From Vulcanimicrobiota bacterium (lineage in GTDB: Bacteria; Vulcanimicrobiota; Vulcanimicrobiia; Vulcanimicrobiales; Vulcanimicrobiaceae), in the NCBI GenBank assembly GCA_003135555.1, contig PLCF01000072.1, positions 84,483 to 111,408 of the forward strand: 26,926 bases of DNA. Reading direction: 5' to 3'. Shown piece by piece: positions 7,496 to 14,934 of the stretch (its first letter is position 1; each line of letters starts with the position of its first letter). The translations under genes were made by a program, and so were the position numbers. The notes below the pieces were generated by a model that ran no database searches, was not told where the DNA came from, and saw only the letters and a list, made by a program, of their open reading frames with translations.

Positions 7496-7832
7496 CGAAA
7501 CCCTGAATTGCACCGACTGCAATGCCCCCTTCACGTTCTCAGCCGGAGAGCAAGAGTTCTTCGCCGCAAAGGGATTCACCAACAAGCCCAACCGTTGCCC
7601 GGATTGCCGTGCTGCTCGTAAGAGCCAGCGTGGCGGCAGCGGCGGCGGCGGCGGCGGCTCGTACGCCGGCGGCGGCTACGGCGGCGGCGGCGGCGCAAGC
7701 CGTCCGGCACGCGAGATGTTCCAAGCGACCTGCAGCGGATGCGGCAAAGTCGCGGAAGTCCCGTTCCAGCCCCGCGGCGACAAGCCGGTCTACTGCCGCG
7801 ACTGCTTCTCGCAGCGCCAATCGTATCGCTAA
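7485..7832 (+). CDS. Zinc-ribbon / CxxC-x17-CxxC domain protein with glycine-rich linker
   Basis: CTDC...FSAGEQEFF..KGF...P.RCPDCR, then a Gly/Tyr linker, then CSGC-x17-CRDC with VPFQP..DKPVYC. GGAG precedes ATG 7485. Confidence 0.9.
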   Translation: MYTDETLNCTDCNAPFTFSAGEQEFFAAKGFTNKPNRCPDCRAARKSQRGGSGGGGGGSYAGGGYGGGGGASRPAREMFQATCSGCGKVAEVPFQPRGDKPVYCRDCFSQRQSYR

Positions 7833-7854
7833 CACCTAGCGACACACACGGAAC

Positions 7855-7889
7855 GAGGCCCGGGGATCCGTCCCCGGGCTTCTTCTTTT
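7855..7889 (+). terminator. Intrinsic terminator
   Basis: GAGGCCCGGGGA-tccg-TCCCCGGGCTTC followed by TTCTTTT, between convergent genes. Confidence 0.8.
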
Positions 7890-10674
7890 AGGGGGACGTC
7901 GCCGAGGCGATCTCGAGCTTCCAGTCTTTCAGCGGCGTCGTTTCGAGTTGCAGGTTGTCGAGCAGCGCGCGCAGGCGCCGCGCCGCAGGCCCGCTGCCGC
8001 TGGTGCGCTCGCGCCTGAATGCGGGTTCCCAGGCTTGATACCACAGCCGCGCTTCGACGCGTAGCCGGGCCGGGTCGAGCGGCGTGTGCAGCGGTACGCG
8101 ATACGCGACGACCGCGCGGCCCTTGCCGTCGGCGTAGCGCGGATCGGTCTCGACGAACGCGCCTTCGGGCCGCGTCGCGACGAGCCAGTTCGCCGGCAAC
8201 GCGATCCCGCGCGGACCGTCTTTGCGCCAGCCCTGCGGCAGGAGCCGATTGTCTTTGAGGTGGTGGTCGCGCCGAATGAAGCTGGTGGTGAGGTCGCCTT
8301 CGCGATCTTGCACGAGCTCTTCGAAGATCTGCACGTCGTCGCTGCGCGTGATCGGCCGGCGCTCGTCGAAATGCTGCTGGTAGCGCTGCTTCCCGTCCGG
8401 GCCGCGCGTGAAGTACTCCGTCGGCAGCACGTCGCCGGGCGCCGCGCCTGCGACGATCTCGCCGTTCGCGTTGGTCGACCCGGACGCCCAGACGACGCTG
8501 CCGTCGGGAGCGACGACCTTGAGCTCGAGCCAGGCGCGGCGAAATCCCACTCCGCTGGGGAAGCGGTGGCCGGTAAGGTTGGTGACGCCGACGTCGGCGA
8601 CGAGCGTCCCGTTCTGGATGCGCGCCGCGAGGTCGACCGTCGCCGTCTTGTGCCGCGCCTGGTGCACGACGTTACCGATCGCGTCGTCGAGATCGGTCGA
8701 CGAGCCCGACATGTAGTCGTTCAGCCGAACGCCCAGCGCGTCGGAGTTGCGCGCAAAGGTGCGCAACAGGAATGCGTTGAGCCCGAGCAGCTCGTGGCGG
8801 CGGAAGCCCGTCTTGCGAAAGCGCACGTCGATCCCGTACAGCGGTGCACGATGCTCGGCTTGCGGGTAGGTCTGGTCCTGAACCAGCGCGATTTGCGTTT
8901 GGATCGCGGCCTGGTGGACGTCGAGGCGGTCGTTGTCGACGCCCGCGGGCATGTGACAGTCTTGGCACGAGCGCGCCCCGGCCAAGGGCTTGTACTCGGT
9001 TTGGAAGCGGCTGTTCGTCCACTCGACGTAGGTGTTCTGCTCGACGTCGTGCGCCATCGACGCGACGATCGGGTGAATCTTCGCCGGCCGGTCGACGACC
9101 GGAAGGTCGATCGAGTGACAGCTCGTGCAAAGCCGCGCCGACTTCGTGAGCGCGCTGAAGACGGGCTTCGCCCCGAGCGACTCGTTCATCGGATGCGCCG
9201 CGATGAGTTTGGTCTCGAACGGTCCCTGCAACTCGTCCGCGCGCCCGGTCGAAAAGAGGCCGGTGTTGCGGTGCGCCAGCACGAACGCCAGCGAGGTCTC
9301 CGCTTTGGTCTGCGTGATGTGGTGGCAGACCGTACAGCTGATGCCGTCGCGCGCGAGCCCGCCGAGGTGGAACTGCGGCGTCGCCGGGTCGGCTTGGAAG
9401 ACCCACCGCGCATCGAAGTGTGCGGACGCGCCGTGTTCGATTTCGTTGGTGCGTTTGCCCATCACGCCGTGGCAGCGCATGCAGGTATCGACGACTTGTT
9501 GTGCGAGCGTCGCGCGCGTACGCTGCGGGTGGTTGCCGGCGATCCGCCGCGCGGGGATCCGGTCGATGTATGCGAGCTCGCTCTCGAGCTGCGCGAAGAA
9601 CACCGGGTCGCGTCCCGCCAGTCCCATCGGCGACCAGCGCCATTCGCCGTACTCCGAGACGTTGACGCCGGCGGGGCCCGGCGGCGCCGCCGGCGGCGCC
9701 GAGTATGCCGGCGACGGCGTGAGCCACATCAGCGGCCCCGACGGCGGCCCCGACGCCGCGCTGTGACAGCCCATGCATTGGTCCGAGGTCAAGAACTGCG
9801 GCGGCAGCTTCGCGTGCAACTTCGCCGGCAGCGAATCGAGCGGCTCGGCCGGGAACGTCTGCATCGCGACGGGGCGCGCGTGCGACACGATCGGCGGGTG
9901 GACGGCGTTCTTCTCGTGCTCGGCATCAATCGGCGGGGTGGCGCGGGCCGACGGCGGCGGCGTGCGCCACGAATCGTCGACCTTGAAGGTCAGCGGCTCG
10001 CCCGGAAAGCCCGCGACGTTGTCGAGCGCCGCGAACGTGGCGGCAACGTTGGCCGACGCGTGGCAGCGCAGGCAGTACAGCCCGAAGCCCGCGTTGGGAT
10101 ATTGCGTGCGGGAGAACGTCATCGGCGGCGCCGTGTAGACCTCGGCCCAGAACCAGCCATCGCGCGACGCCGACGCGCGACGAATCATCACCGTCCAATC
10201 GGTCGGCTGGAGCGCGTCGCCGGTGCGGCCGTCGTAGGCTGCGGCCGGCGGCGGATACTGCTCCTTGATGATGACCGCGCCGTCGGGCGGGGCGCCGGTG
10301 CGGCCGTTGCGCAGCCAAGCCACGACCTCGGGCGAGTAGTAGACGCGCACCGCCGGGTGGGTGCCGTAGTACACGCCGTGCACGTACGGGCCGGTGTCGC
10401 GCACGTATTTGTCGACGCACCAGCCGATGCGGCGGTATCCGTACGTCCGCAGGTACGCGACCATCCTGCGCTCGATCGCGACCGGCTCGCCGGGCGGGAC
10501 GACGGCCGGCAATCGTAACGCCGCCGGGACCTCCGCGCGCGCCGTACGGGGGCACGGATCCGACAGGGTCGCCGCGACCGCGACGTCACGACCCGGGAAC
10601 ATGCCGCGCGCGGCCTCGACGCCCAACGGCGCCGAGCCGGCGACTGCGGCCAACACCAGCAGCCACGAACGCAC
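7888..10674 (-). CDS. Exported multihaem c-type cytochrome with N-terminal cytochrome P460-like domain
   Basis: Signal peptide and six CxxCH motifs (CLRCH, CMGCH, CMRCH, CTVCH, CTSCH, CQDCH). PDGAVIIKE...GWFW...CLRCH is P460-like; TGHRFPSG in the C-terminal part. GGAGG precedes the GTG. Confidence 0.85.
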   Translation of the reverse strand: MRSWLLVLAAVAGSAPLGVEAARGMFPGRDVAVAATLSDPCPRTARAEVPAALRLPAVVPPGEPVAIERRMVAYLRTYGYRRIGWCVDKYVRDTGPYVHGVYYGTHPAVRVYYSPEVVAWLRNGRTGAPPDGAVIIKEQYPPPAAAYDGRTGDALQPTDWTVMIRRASASRDGWFWAEVYTAPPMTFSRTQYPNAGFGLYCLRCHASANVAATFAALDNVAGFPGEPLTFKVDDSWRTPPPSARATPPIDAEHEKNAVHPPIVSHARPVAMQTFPAEPLDSLPAKLHAKLPPQFLTSDQCMGCHSAASGPPSGPLMWLTPSPAYSAPPAAPPGPAGVNVSEYGEWRWSPMGLAGRDPVFFAQLESELAYIDRIPARRIAGNHPQRTRATLAQQVVDTCMRCHGVMGKRTNEIEHGASAHFDARWVFQADPATPQFHLGGLARDGISCTVCHHITQTKAETSLAFVLAHRNTGLFSTGRADELQGPFETKLIAAHPMNESLGAKPVFSALTKSARLCTSCHSIDLPVVDRPAKIHPIVASMAHDVEQNTYVEWTNSRFQTEYKPLAGARSCQDCHMPAGVDNDRLDVHQAAIQTQIALVQDQTYPQAEHRAPLYGIDVRFRKTGFRRHELLGLNAFLLRTFARNSDALGVRLNDYMSGSSTDLDDAIGNVVHQARHKTATVDLAARIQNGTLVADVGVTNLTGHRFPSGVGFRRAWLELKVVAPDGSVVWASGSTNANGEIVAGAAPGDVLPTEYFTRGPDGKQRYQQHFDERRPITRSDDVQIFEELVQDREGDLTTSFIRRDHHLKDNRLLPQGWRKDGPRGIALPANWLVATRPEGAFVETDPRYADGKGRAVVAYRVPLHTPLDPARLRVEARLWYQAWEPAFRRERTSGSGPAARRLRALLDNLQLETTPLKDWKLEIASATSP

Positions 10675-10709
10675 GTTACAGGCCCTCCACGCCGCCGGTT
10701 CTCGCTAGA

Positions 10710-11321
10710 TCACTTGGGATACAGGACGCGCGTCGTCGACGAGCGGTCGATCTCGGCGACGCGAGCGTAGGTCCGCCCGAGCACATCCATGCTGGGGTTC
10801 GTCACGCCGAACCACATACGCTCGTTCTTGAAGTGGTGCCAGAGATGGTACTTCTTGATCCAGCGGCCGAACGGCGTCCGCGGAACGAAGTCGATGTGGG
10901 CCACGTAGTGCACCCACTCGTACCACAACAAGCCCAGCACGCTGCCCAGCAGCAGCGCAGCGCTCAGCGCGAGATCGCGCGTGATGCCGTAGTAGATACC
11001 GAACGTCAGCGCAGCGACCGGAATCACGAACCAGACCGGCAGGAACAGCAGGCTCAGCTCGGCGGGCGTGATGTGGTGATCGTAGTGCAGCCGGTGCTGC
11101 AGGCGCAAGACGAACGCGTTCCGCTGCGGCGGCGCGTGGAACATGAACCGGTGCGTCGTGTACTCGGAAACGAAGAACACCAGCGCCCCGCCGGCGACGG
11201 CGACCAGGTTTGCGGCGGCGAAGCTCAGCCCGTGCGCGGCGAACAGCGCGATCAGCGCCGCCGCGAGCACCAGCAGCAGCGTGTTGCTGCCGTGGCGCAG
11301 GAAGCTCGCAAACGTCGTCAT
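10710..11321 (-). CDS. Fatty acid hydroxylase / sterol desaturase family membrane di-metal enzyme
   Basis: His boxes HRFMFH, HYDHH, HYVAH, HLWHH, plus FGVT and TM segments. ATG 11321 overlaps the upstream stop (TGATG). Confidence 0.9.
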   Translation of the reverse strand: MTTFASFLRHGSNTLLLVLAAALIALFAAHGLSFAAANLVAVAGGALVFFVSEYTTHRFMFHAPPQRNAFVLRLQHRLHYDHHITPAELSLLFLPVWFVIPVAALTFGIYYGITRDLALSAALLLGSVLGLLWYEWVHYVAHIDFVPRTPFGRWIKKYHLWHHFKNERMWFGVTNPSMDVLGRTYARVAEIDRSSTTRVLYPK

Positions 11322-12319
11322 CAGCGCTCCTCCTCGGGCTTGCGCCGCGGCAGGGCGTACCACGCCGCGTCGCAGGCCCGGCGGTCGTCGTCGTCGAGCG
11401 TGATCTGCAGCGCTTGGAGCGAGTCGCGCAGCTGCTCGGCCCGGCTTGCGCCGACGATCGCCGCGGTCACGCCGGGCTGGTCGAGCACCCAGCGCAGCGC
11501 GACGTGGGTGATGCTCTTGCCGCGCGTGGCGACGTCGGCGGCGAGGCGCGCGACGACGTCGAGCTGCTCGTCCTGCCAGTACCGCTGCTGATACAGCGAG
11601 GCCGCGTTGCCCAGGGTGAAGCGCGTCCCTTCGCGCGGCTGCTCGCCGCGCTTGTACTTACCCGTCAGCATCCCGGCGGCAAGCGGGTTGAACACCACCG
11701 CGCCGACGCCGTGCGCCGCTGCGGCCGGCAGCAGCTCGGACTCGATCTGCCGGAACAAGAGGTTGTAGCGCGGCTGGACCGCGTCGAAGCGGATCGTCGC
11801 GCCGCGTTCGGCGGCCCACAGCGACGACATCATCTGCCACGCCGCGATGTTGCTGCACCCCGCATAGCGGATCTTTCCGGCGCGGCGCAGATCGTCGAAC
11901 GCCGACAGCGTCTCTTCGATCGGCGACTCGGGGTCCCAGCGATGGATGTAGTACAGGTCGATCCAGTCGGTCTTGAGCCGCCGCAGCGACGCGTCGCACG
12001 CCTCGATGACGTGCCGGCGCGAGTTTCCCTTGTCGTTGGGCCCTGGGCCCATCGGCATGTAGACCTTCGTCGCGACGACGAAACGCTCGCGTTTGCCGGT
12101 CAGCCAATCACCGACGATCTCCTCGGTGCGTCCGACCGTCTCGAGCGTCCCGCCGACGGGATAGACGTCGGCCACGTCGATGAAATCGATTCCGGCGTCT
12201 TCCGCCGCGCCCATGATGGCGAACGACTCGTTGCGATCGGTCTGCAGCCCGAACGTCATCGTCCCCAGGCAGATCTCCGAGACCTTGAGGCCGGTGCGGC
12301 CTAAACGGACGGTGCGCAT
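11321..12319 (-). CDS. Aldo/keto reductase
   Basis: LGRTGLKVSEICLGTMTFG, DVADVY, ATK, SLRRLKTDWIDLYYIH, GKIRYAGCSN, PLAAG.LTGKY. Confidence 0.95.
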   Translation of the reverse strand: MRTVRLGRTGLKVSEICLGTMTFGLQTDRNESFAIMGAAEDAGIDFIDVADVYPVGGTLETVGRTEEIVGDWLTGKRERFVVATKVYMPMGPGPNDKGNSRRHVIEACDASLRRLKTDWIDLYYIHRWDPESPIEETLSAFDDLRRAGKIRYAGCSNIAAWQMMSSLWAAERGATIRFDAVQPRYNLLFRQIESELLPAAAAHGVGAVVFNPLAAGMLTGKYKRGEQPREGTRFTLGNAASLYQQRYWQDEQLDVVARLAADVATRGKSITHVALRWVLDQPGVTAAIVGASRAEQLRDSLQALQITLDDDDRRACDAAWYALPRRKPEEER

Positions 12320-12417
12320 CGCGCTGCGGCTTCTCGCTCCGCAGCCCGAGGACCCGGCACACCCTGCCGCAAGGCAGGCCGAGCGGATTCCCAGGCTGAC
12401 GGCGTAGCCTCGGGGTC

Positions 12418-13122
12418 ATGAAGGGTGTCATCGCAGCGTTGGCTGCTTTCGTCATCGCCGTCGTTTCCGGTGGCGCCGCGCGCGCGGACGAACTGCAGGC
12501 ACCGCCGACGCTGACCCCCGCCGTCGCCGGCAACGCGGCCGCGGCCTGCCCCGACGCCGCTCCGTATGCCCGCGCGCTGGTCGACGGGATCACGCTGGCC
12601 CAGGCGACCGCCGCCACGCCGATCCTGATGCGGTGCGCGACCGCGACCCGGCTCTTCGAGCTGCAGTGGAAGAACTCGGCGGCCGCGCTCGCGCTCGCCG
12701 CCGTCGAGCTCTCGCGAGGTCTGCTCGAGCACGATCCTGCGCTCCTCAAGCGCGCCGCGGACGGTACGCATGCGTGGCGCAGCAGGGTGCCCCAGAGCGA
12801 CGAACAGATTCTTACGTGGGATCTGGTCCCCGACATCTATGACAACCGCCTTCATGCCGTCACGTACGTCGACGGGTCGTGCGGCGCCAATCCGTACATG
12901 AACGCCGCGTACATCTACGTGGCCGCGCGTTCGGGGATCGCCTGGCTCCGCACGCCGCGCGCCATCCGAAACGCCACCCCGTGCAACGCTGTCGCAGCGC
13001 GCGCCGCGAGCTTTGGCGGTGGCGGCATCGACATCGGCGCGAGCCCGTTCACGGTTCCGATCCCGACGCGGCCCGCCCCGGCGCCCGACGAGGTGCTGCG
13101 GCCCAACGCTCCTCCGCGCTAA
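12418..13122 (+). CDS. Hypothetical secreted protein
   Basis: Signal peptide MKGVIAALAAFVIAVVSGGAARA-DE, four Cys, Pro-rich tail, host-like codon usage. No family recognised. Confidence 0.7.
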   Translation: MKGVIAALAAFVIAVVSGGAARADELQAPPTLTPAVAGNAAAACPDAAPYARALVDGITLAQATAATPILMRCATATRLFELQWKNSAAALALAAVELSRGLLEHDPALLKRAADGTHAWRSRVPQSDEQILTWDLVPDIYDNRLHAVTYVDGSCGANPYMNAAYIYVAARSGIAWLRTPRAIRNATPCNAVAARAASFGGGGIDIGASPFTVPIPTRPAPAPDEVLRPNAPPR

Positions 13123-13143
13123 ACGGTCGCGCGGAGATCGGGC

Positions 13144-13917
13144 CTACTCGCCGGTGTTGGTTTCCGTGACCGGCAAGGGCGCTTTGCTGGGGCGAGCGCG
13201 AAGCAATTTTTTTGCCGCGGGCGCCGTCGTCGCGCCCAGTTCGACCCAGCCGGCTTGCGTCGCGACCTCGATCATCGTGATCGGGTGGATCTCCCACAGC
13301 GTCGAGCGCGTCGGGTTCTTGGTGTTGTTTTCGGGGAGCTGCTCGGGATGTTCGTAGTCGAACAATCGCCAGCCGCTGATCCGCACCTGCGCGCCGTCGG
13401 CGACGAGTTGCTGCAGCGCGGCAAGCGTCCAGGCCGGATTGGCTTGACGCCAGCGCGGCGTGATCTCGGCCACCGCCGACCACGAGCGGTCCTGGTCCAC
13501 GTCGGCCGTGTCGACGAGCCAGCTGTGGAAGTCCACCCCGTTGCGATCGGTGAACTTGCAGTTCGACGCTTCGGCCCCTTCGGATTTGACGCCCTTGAGA
13601 TAGCCCACAATGCGCACCGGCTCGTCCTCGAGGGCTTTGAACGTCGCGAGATCCTCGGGGGTCCAGGTCGACCGCGCCGCCTTGTCATGCGTCGGCAAGT
13701 TGCGGAATTCGGCAACCGTCGTCGCCGTCGTCGTCGCGGGCATGCCCACCCGGTTCTTGAGCATGTTCTCGACCGGATCGGCGGCGCCGGGCTGACCCCC
13801 CGGACCGCAGGTTTGCGCCGTGCCGGGATCGCTGAAGATCGCTGACTGCGGGGCATTCGAGGCGCTCGCTGCGAGCGGCACAGCGAGCAAGGCGGCGACC
13901 ATGACAAACGCGCGCAT
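13144..13917 (-). CDS. Hypothetical secreted protein, possibly OB-fold
   Basis: AAGGAG before ATG 13917; signal peptide ending ASA. Motifs VRIVGYL, SNC, DFH, AEITP, VRISGW..FD.EH, WEIHPI. Confidence 0.8.
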   Translation of the reverse strand: MRAFVMVAALLAVPLAASASNAPQSAIFSDPGTAQTCGPGGQPGAADPVENMLKNRVGMPATTTATTVAEFRNLPTHDKAARSTWTPEDLATFKALEDEPVRIVGYLKGVKSEGAEASNCKFTDRNGVDFHSWLVDTADVDQDRSWSAVAEITPRWRQANPAWTLAALQQLVADGAQVRISGWRLFDYEHPEQLPENNTKNPTRSTLWEIHPITMIEVATQAGWVELGATTAPAAKKLLRARPSKAPLPVTETNTGE

Positions 13918-13952
13918 CGGCACTCCTTGACACCTAAGGGGTTGTCGGTCTG

Positions 13953-13981
13953 AGTGTATCGCCGGCACTACGAGCCGTCTA
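13953..13981 (-). promoter_or_regulatory. sigma70-type promoter of the 13144-13917 gene
   Basis: TAGACG-N17-TACACT on the minus strand, 35 nt upstream of the ATG. Confidence 0.6.
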
Positions 13982-13998
13982 GCCCGTCGTCCGGGCGC

Positions 13999-14934
13999 TC
14001 AAACAAGCGACGCCCCGATGCGTTCCAGCGCCGACGCGCCCGCCCGGAAGAGTGGGGCGTCCGAGGTCTTCCAAGCGTAGTGCGCCTCAAGTGCGGCATG
14101 GTAGATCGCGCGGTATCGCGCAAGCGCACGCGTCCGCGCATCGACCGGACCGTAGGCTTCGAAAAACACCGTTTGGCCGGCCGGCTCGAGCACGAGATCG
14201 GCGATCGCGATGTCGAGCGCGGGATGGCCGAGATGGAGGTCCCCCCAGTCGATCACCCCGCTCAGCTCGCCGGCCTCGTCGATCAGCAAGTGACGCGCGT
14301 AGAGATCGCCGTGCACGATGTGTGACGCGGTCTCGTCCGGCCGGGGCGCGACAGCGCGCAGAAACGCGAGCAGCCGAGATGGGTCGGCGATAACTCCGGC
14401 CTCGTGCAGGGCGGCAAAGCGTTCGGCGACGGGCCTGAAGCGGCTCTCGTGGTTCAAGCGGCCGATCTCGTCGCGAGGCAGACCGCGCTCGACGGCCGCG
14501 CGCGGATCGATGTGGTGCAGCGCTCGCACGAACGTTCCCAAGCCGCGCGCAAGTGCTGCGGAGTCCCCGGCGCCGGCGCGCGCGCAGAGCGTCGTTCCGG
14601 CCAGACGCGCGTAACCCGCGAAGGGCCACGGATAGTCGTCGCCCGGCGTGCCGGCGAAGCGCGGGAGCGGGATCGGGACGGGCAGTGCCGGCGCGAGCAG
14701 CGGGAGGATCGCGATCTCACGCAGTATCAGCGGCGCTGCGATCGCGCGGCGCGGAAAGCGGAACACGAACTCCCCACCGACCAAATATGCCGTGTTGTCC
14801 CAGCCGTTACCGAACGGTTCGACGGACGACGCGGCGAGCTCGGGGAACTGCGCGGCGATCAGCGCGCGCGCTTCGTCCACCGTGATCGAGCGCTGCGCGG
14901 CCCAATCATCGGCGCCGGCGGGGACCGCCGTCAC
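13999..14934 (-). CDS. Aminoglycoside phosphotransferase (APH/choline kinase-like) family protein
   Basis: GWDN, FVFRFPR, P.P.P, HGDL, GVIDWGD, GHPA.D. GTG 14934 overlaps the Lhr stop (GTGA). Confidence 0.88.
   Translation of the reverse strand: MTAVPAGADDWAAQRSITVDEARALIAAQFPELAASSVEPFGNGWDNTAYLVGGEFVFRFPRRAIAAPLILREIAILPLLAPALPVPIPLPRFAGTPGDDYPWPFAGYARLAGTTLCARAGAGDSAALARGLGTFVRALHHIDPRAAVERGLPRDEIGRLNHESRFRPVAERFAALHEAGVIADPSRLLAFLRAVAPRPDETASHIVHGDLYARHLLIDEAGELSGVIDWGDLHLGHPALDIAIADLVLEPAGQTVFFEAYGPVDARTRALARYRAIYHAALEAHYAWKTSDAPLFRAGASALERIGASLV

Noticed and set aside
7631..7696. (GGC)n trinucleotide runs
   Set aside because: They encode the Gly-rich linker in frame; not a separate repeat element or a phase-variation tract.
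12350..12417. Resemblance to a c-di-GMP-I (GEMM) riboswitch: GGCACAC, stem, GNRA loop
   Set aside because: The conserved G(A/U)CGCAAA junction after the first stem and the matching 3' P1 strand are missing. Kept only as a generic structured region.
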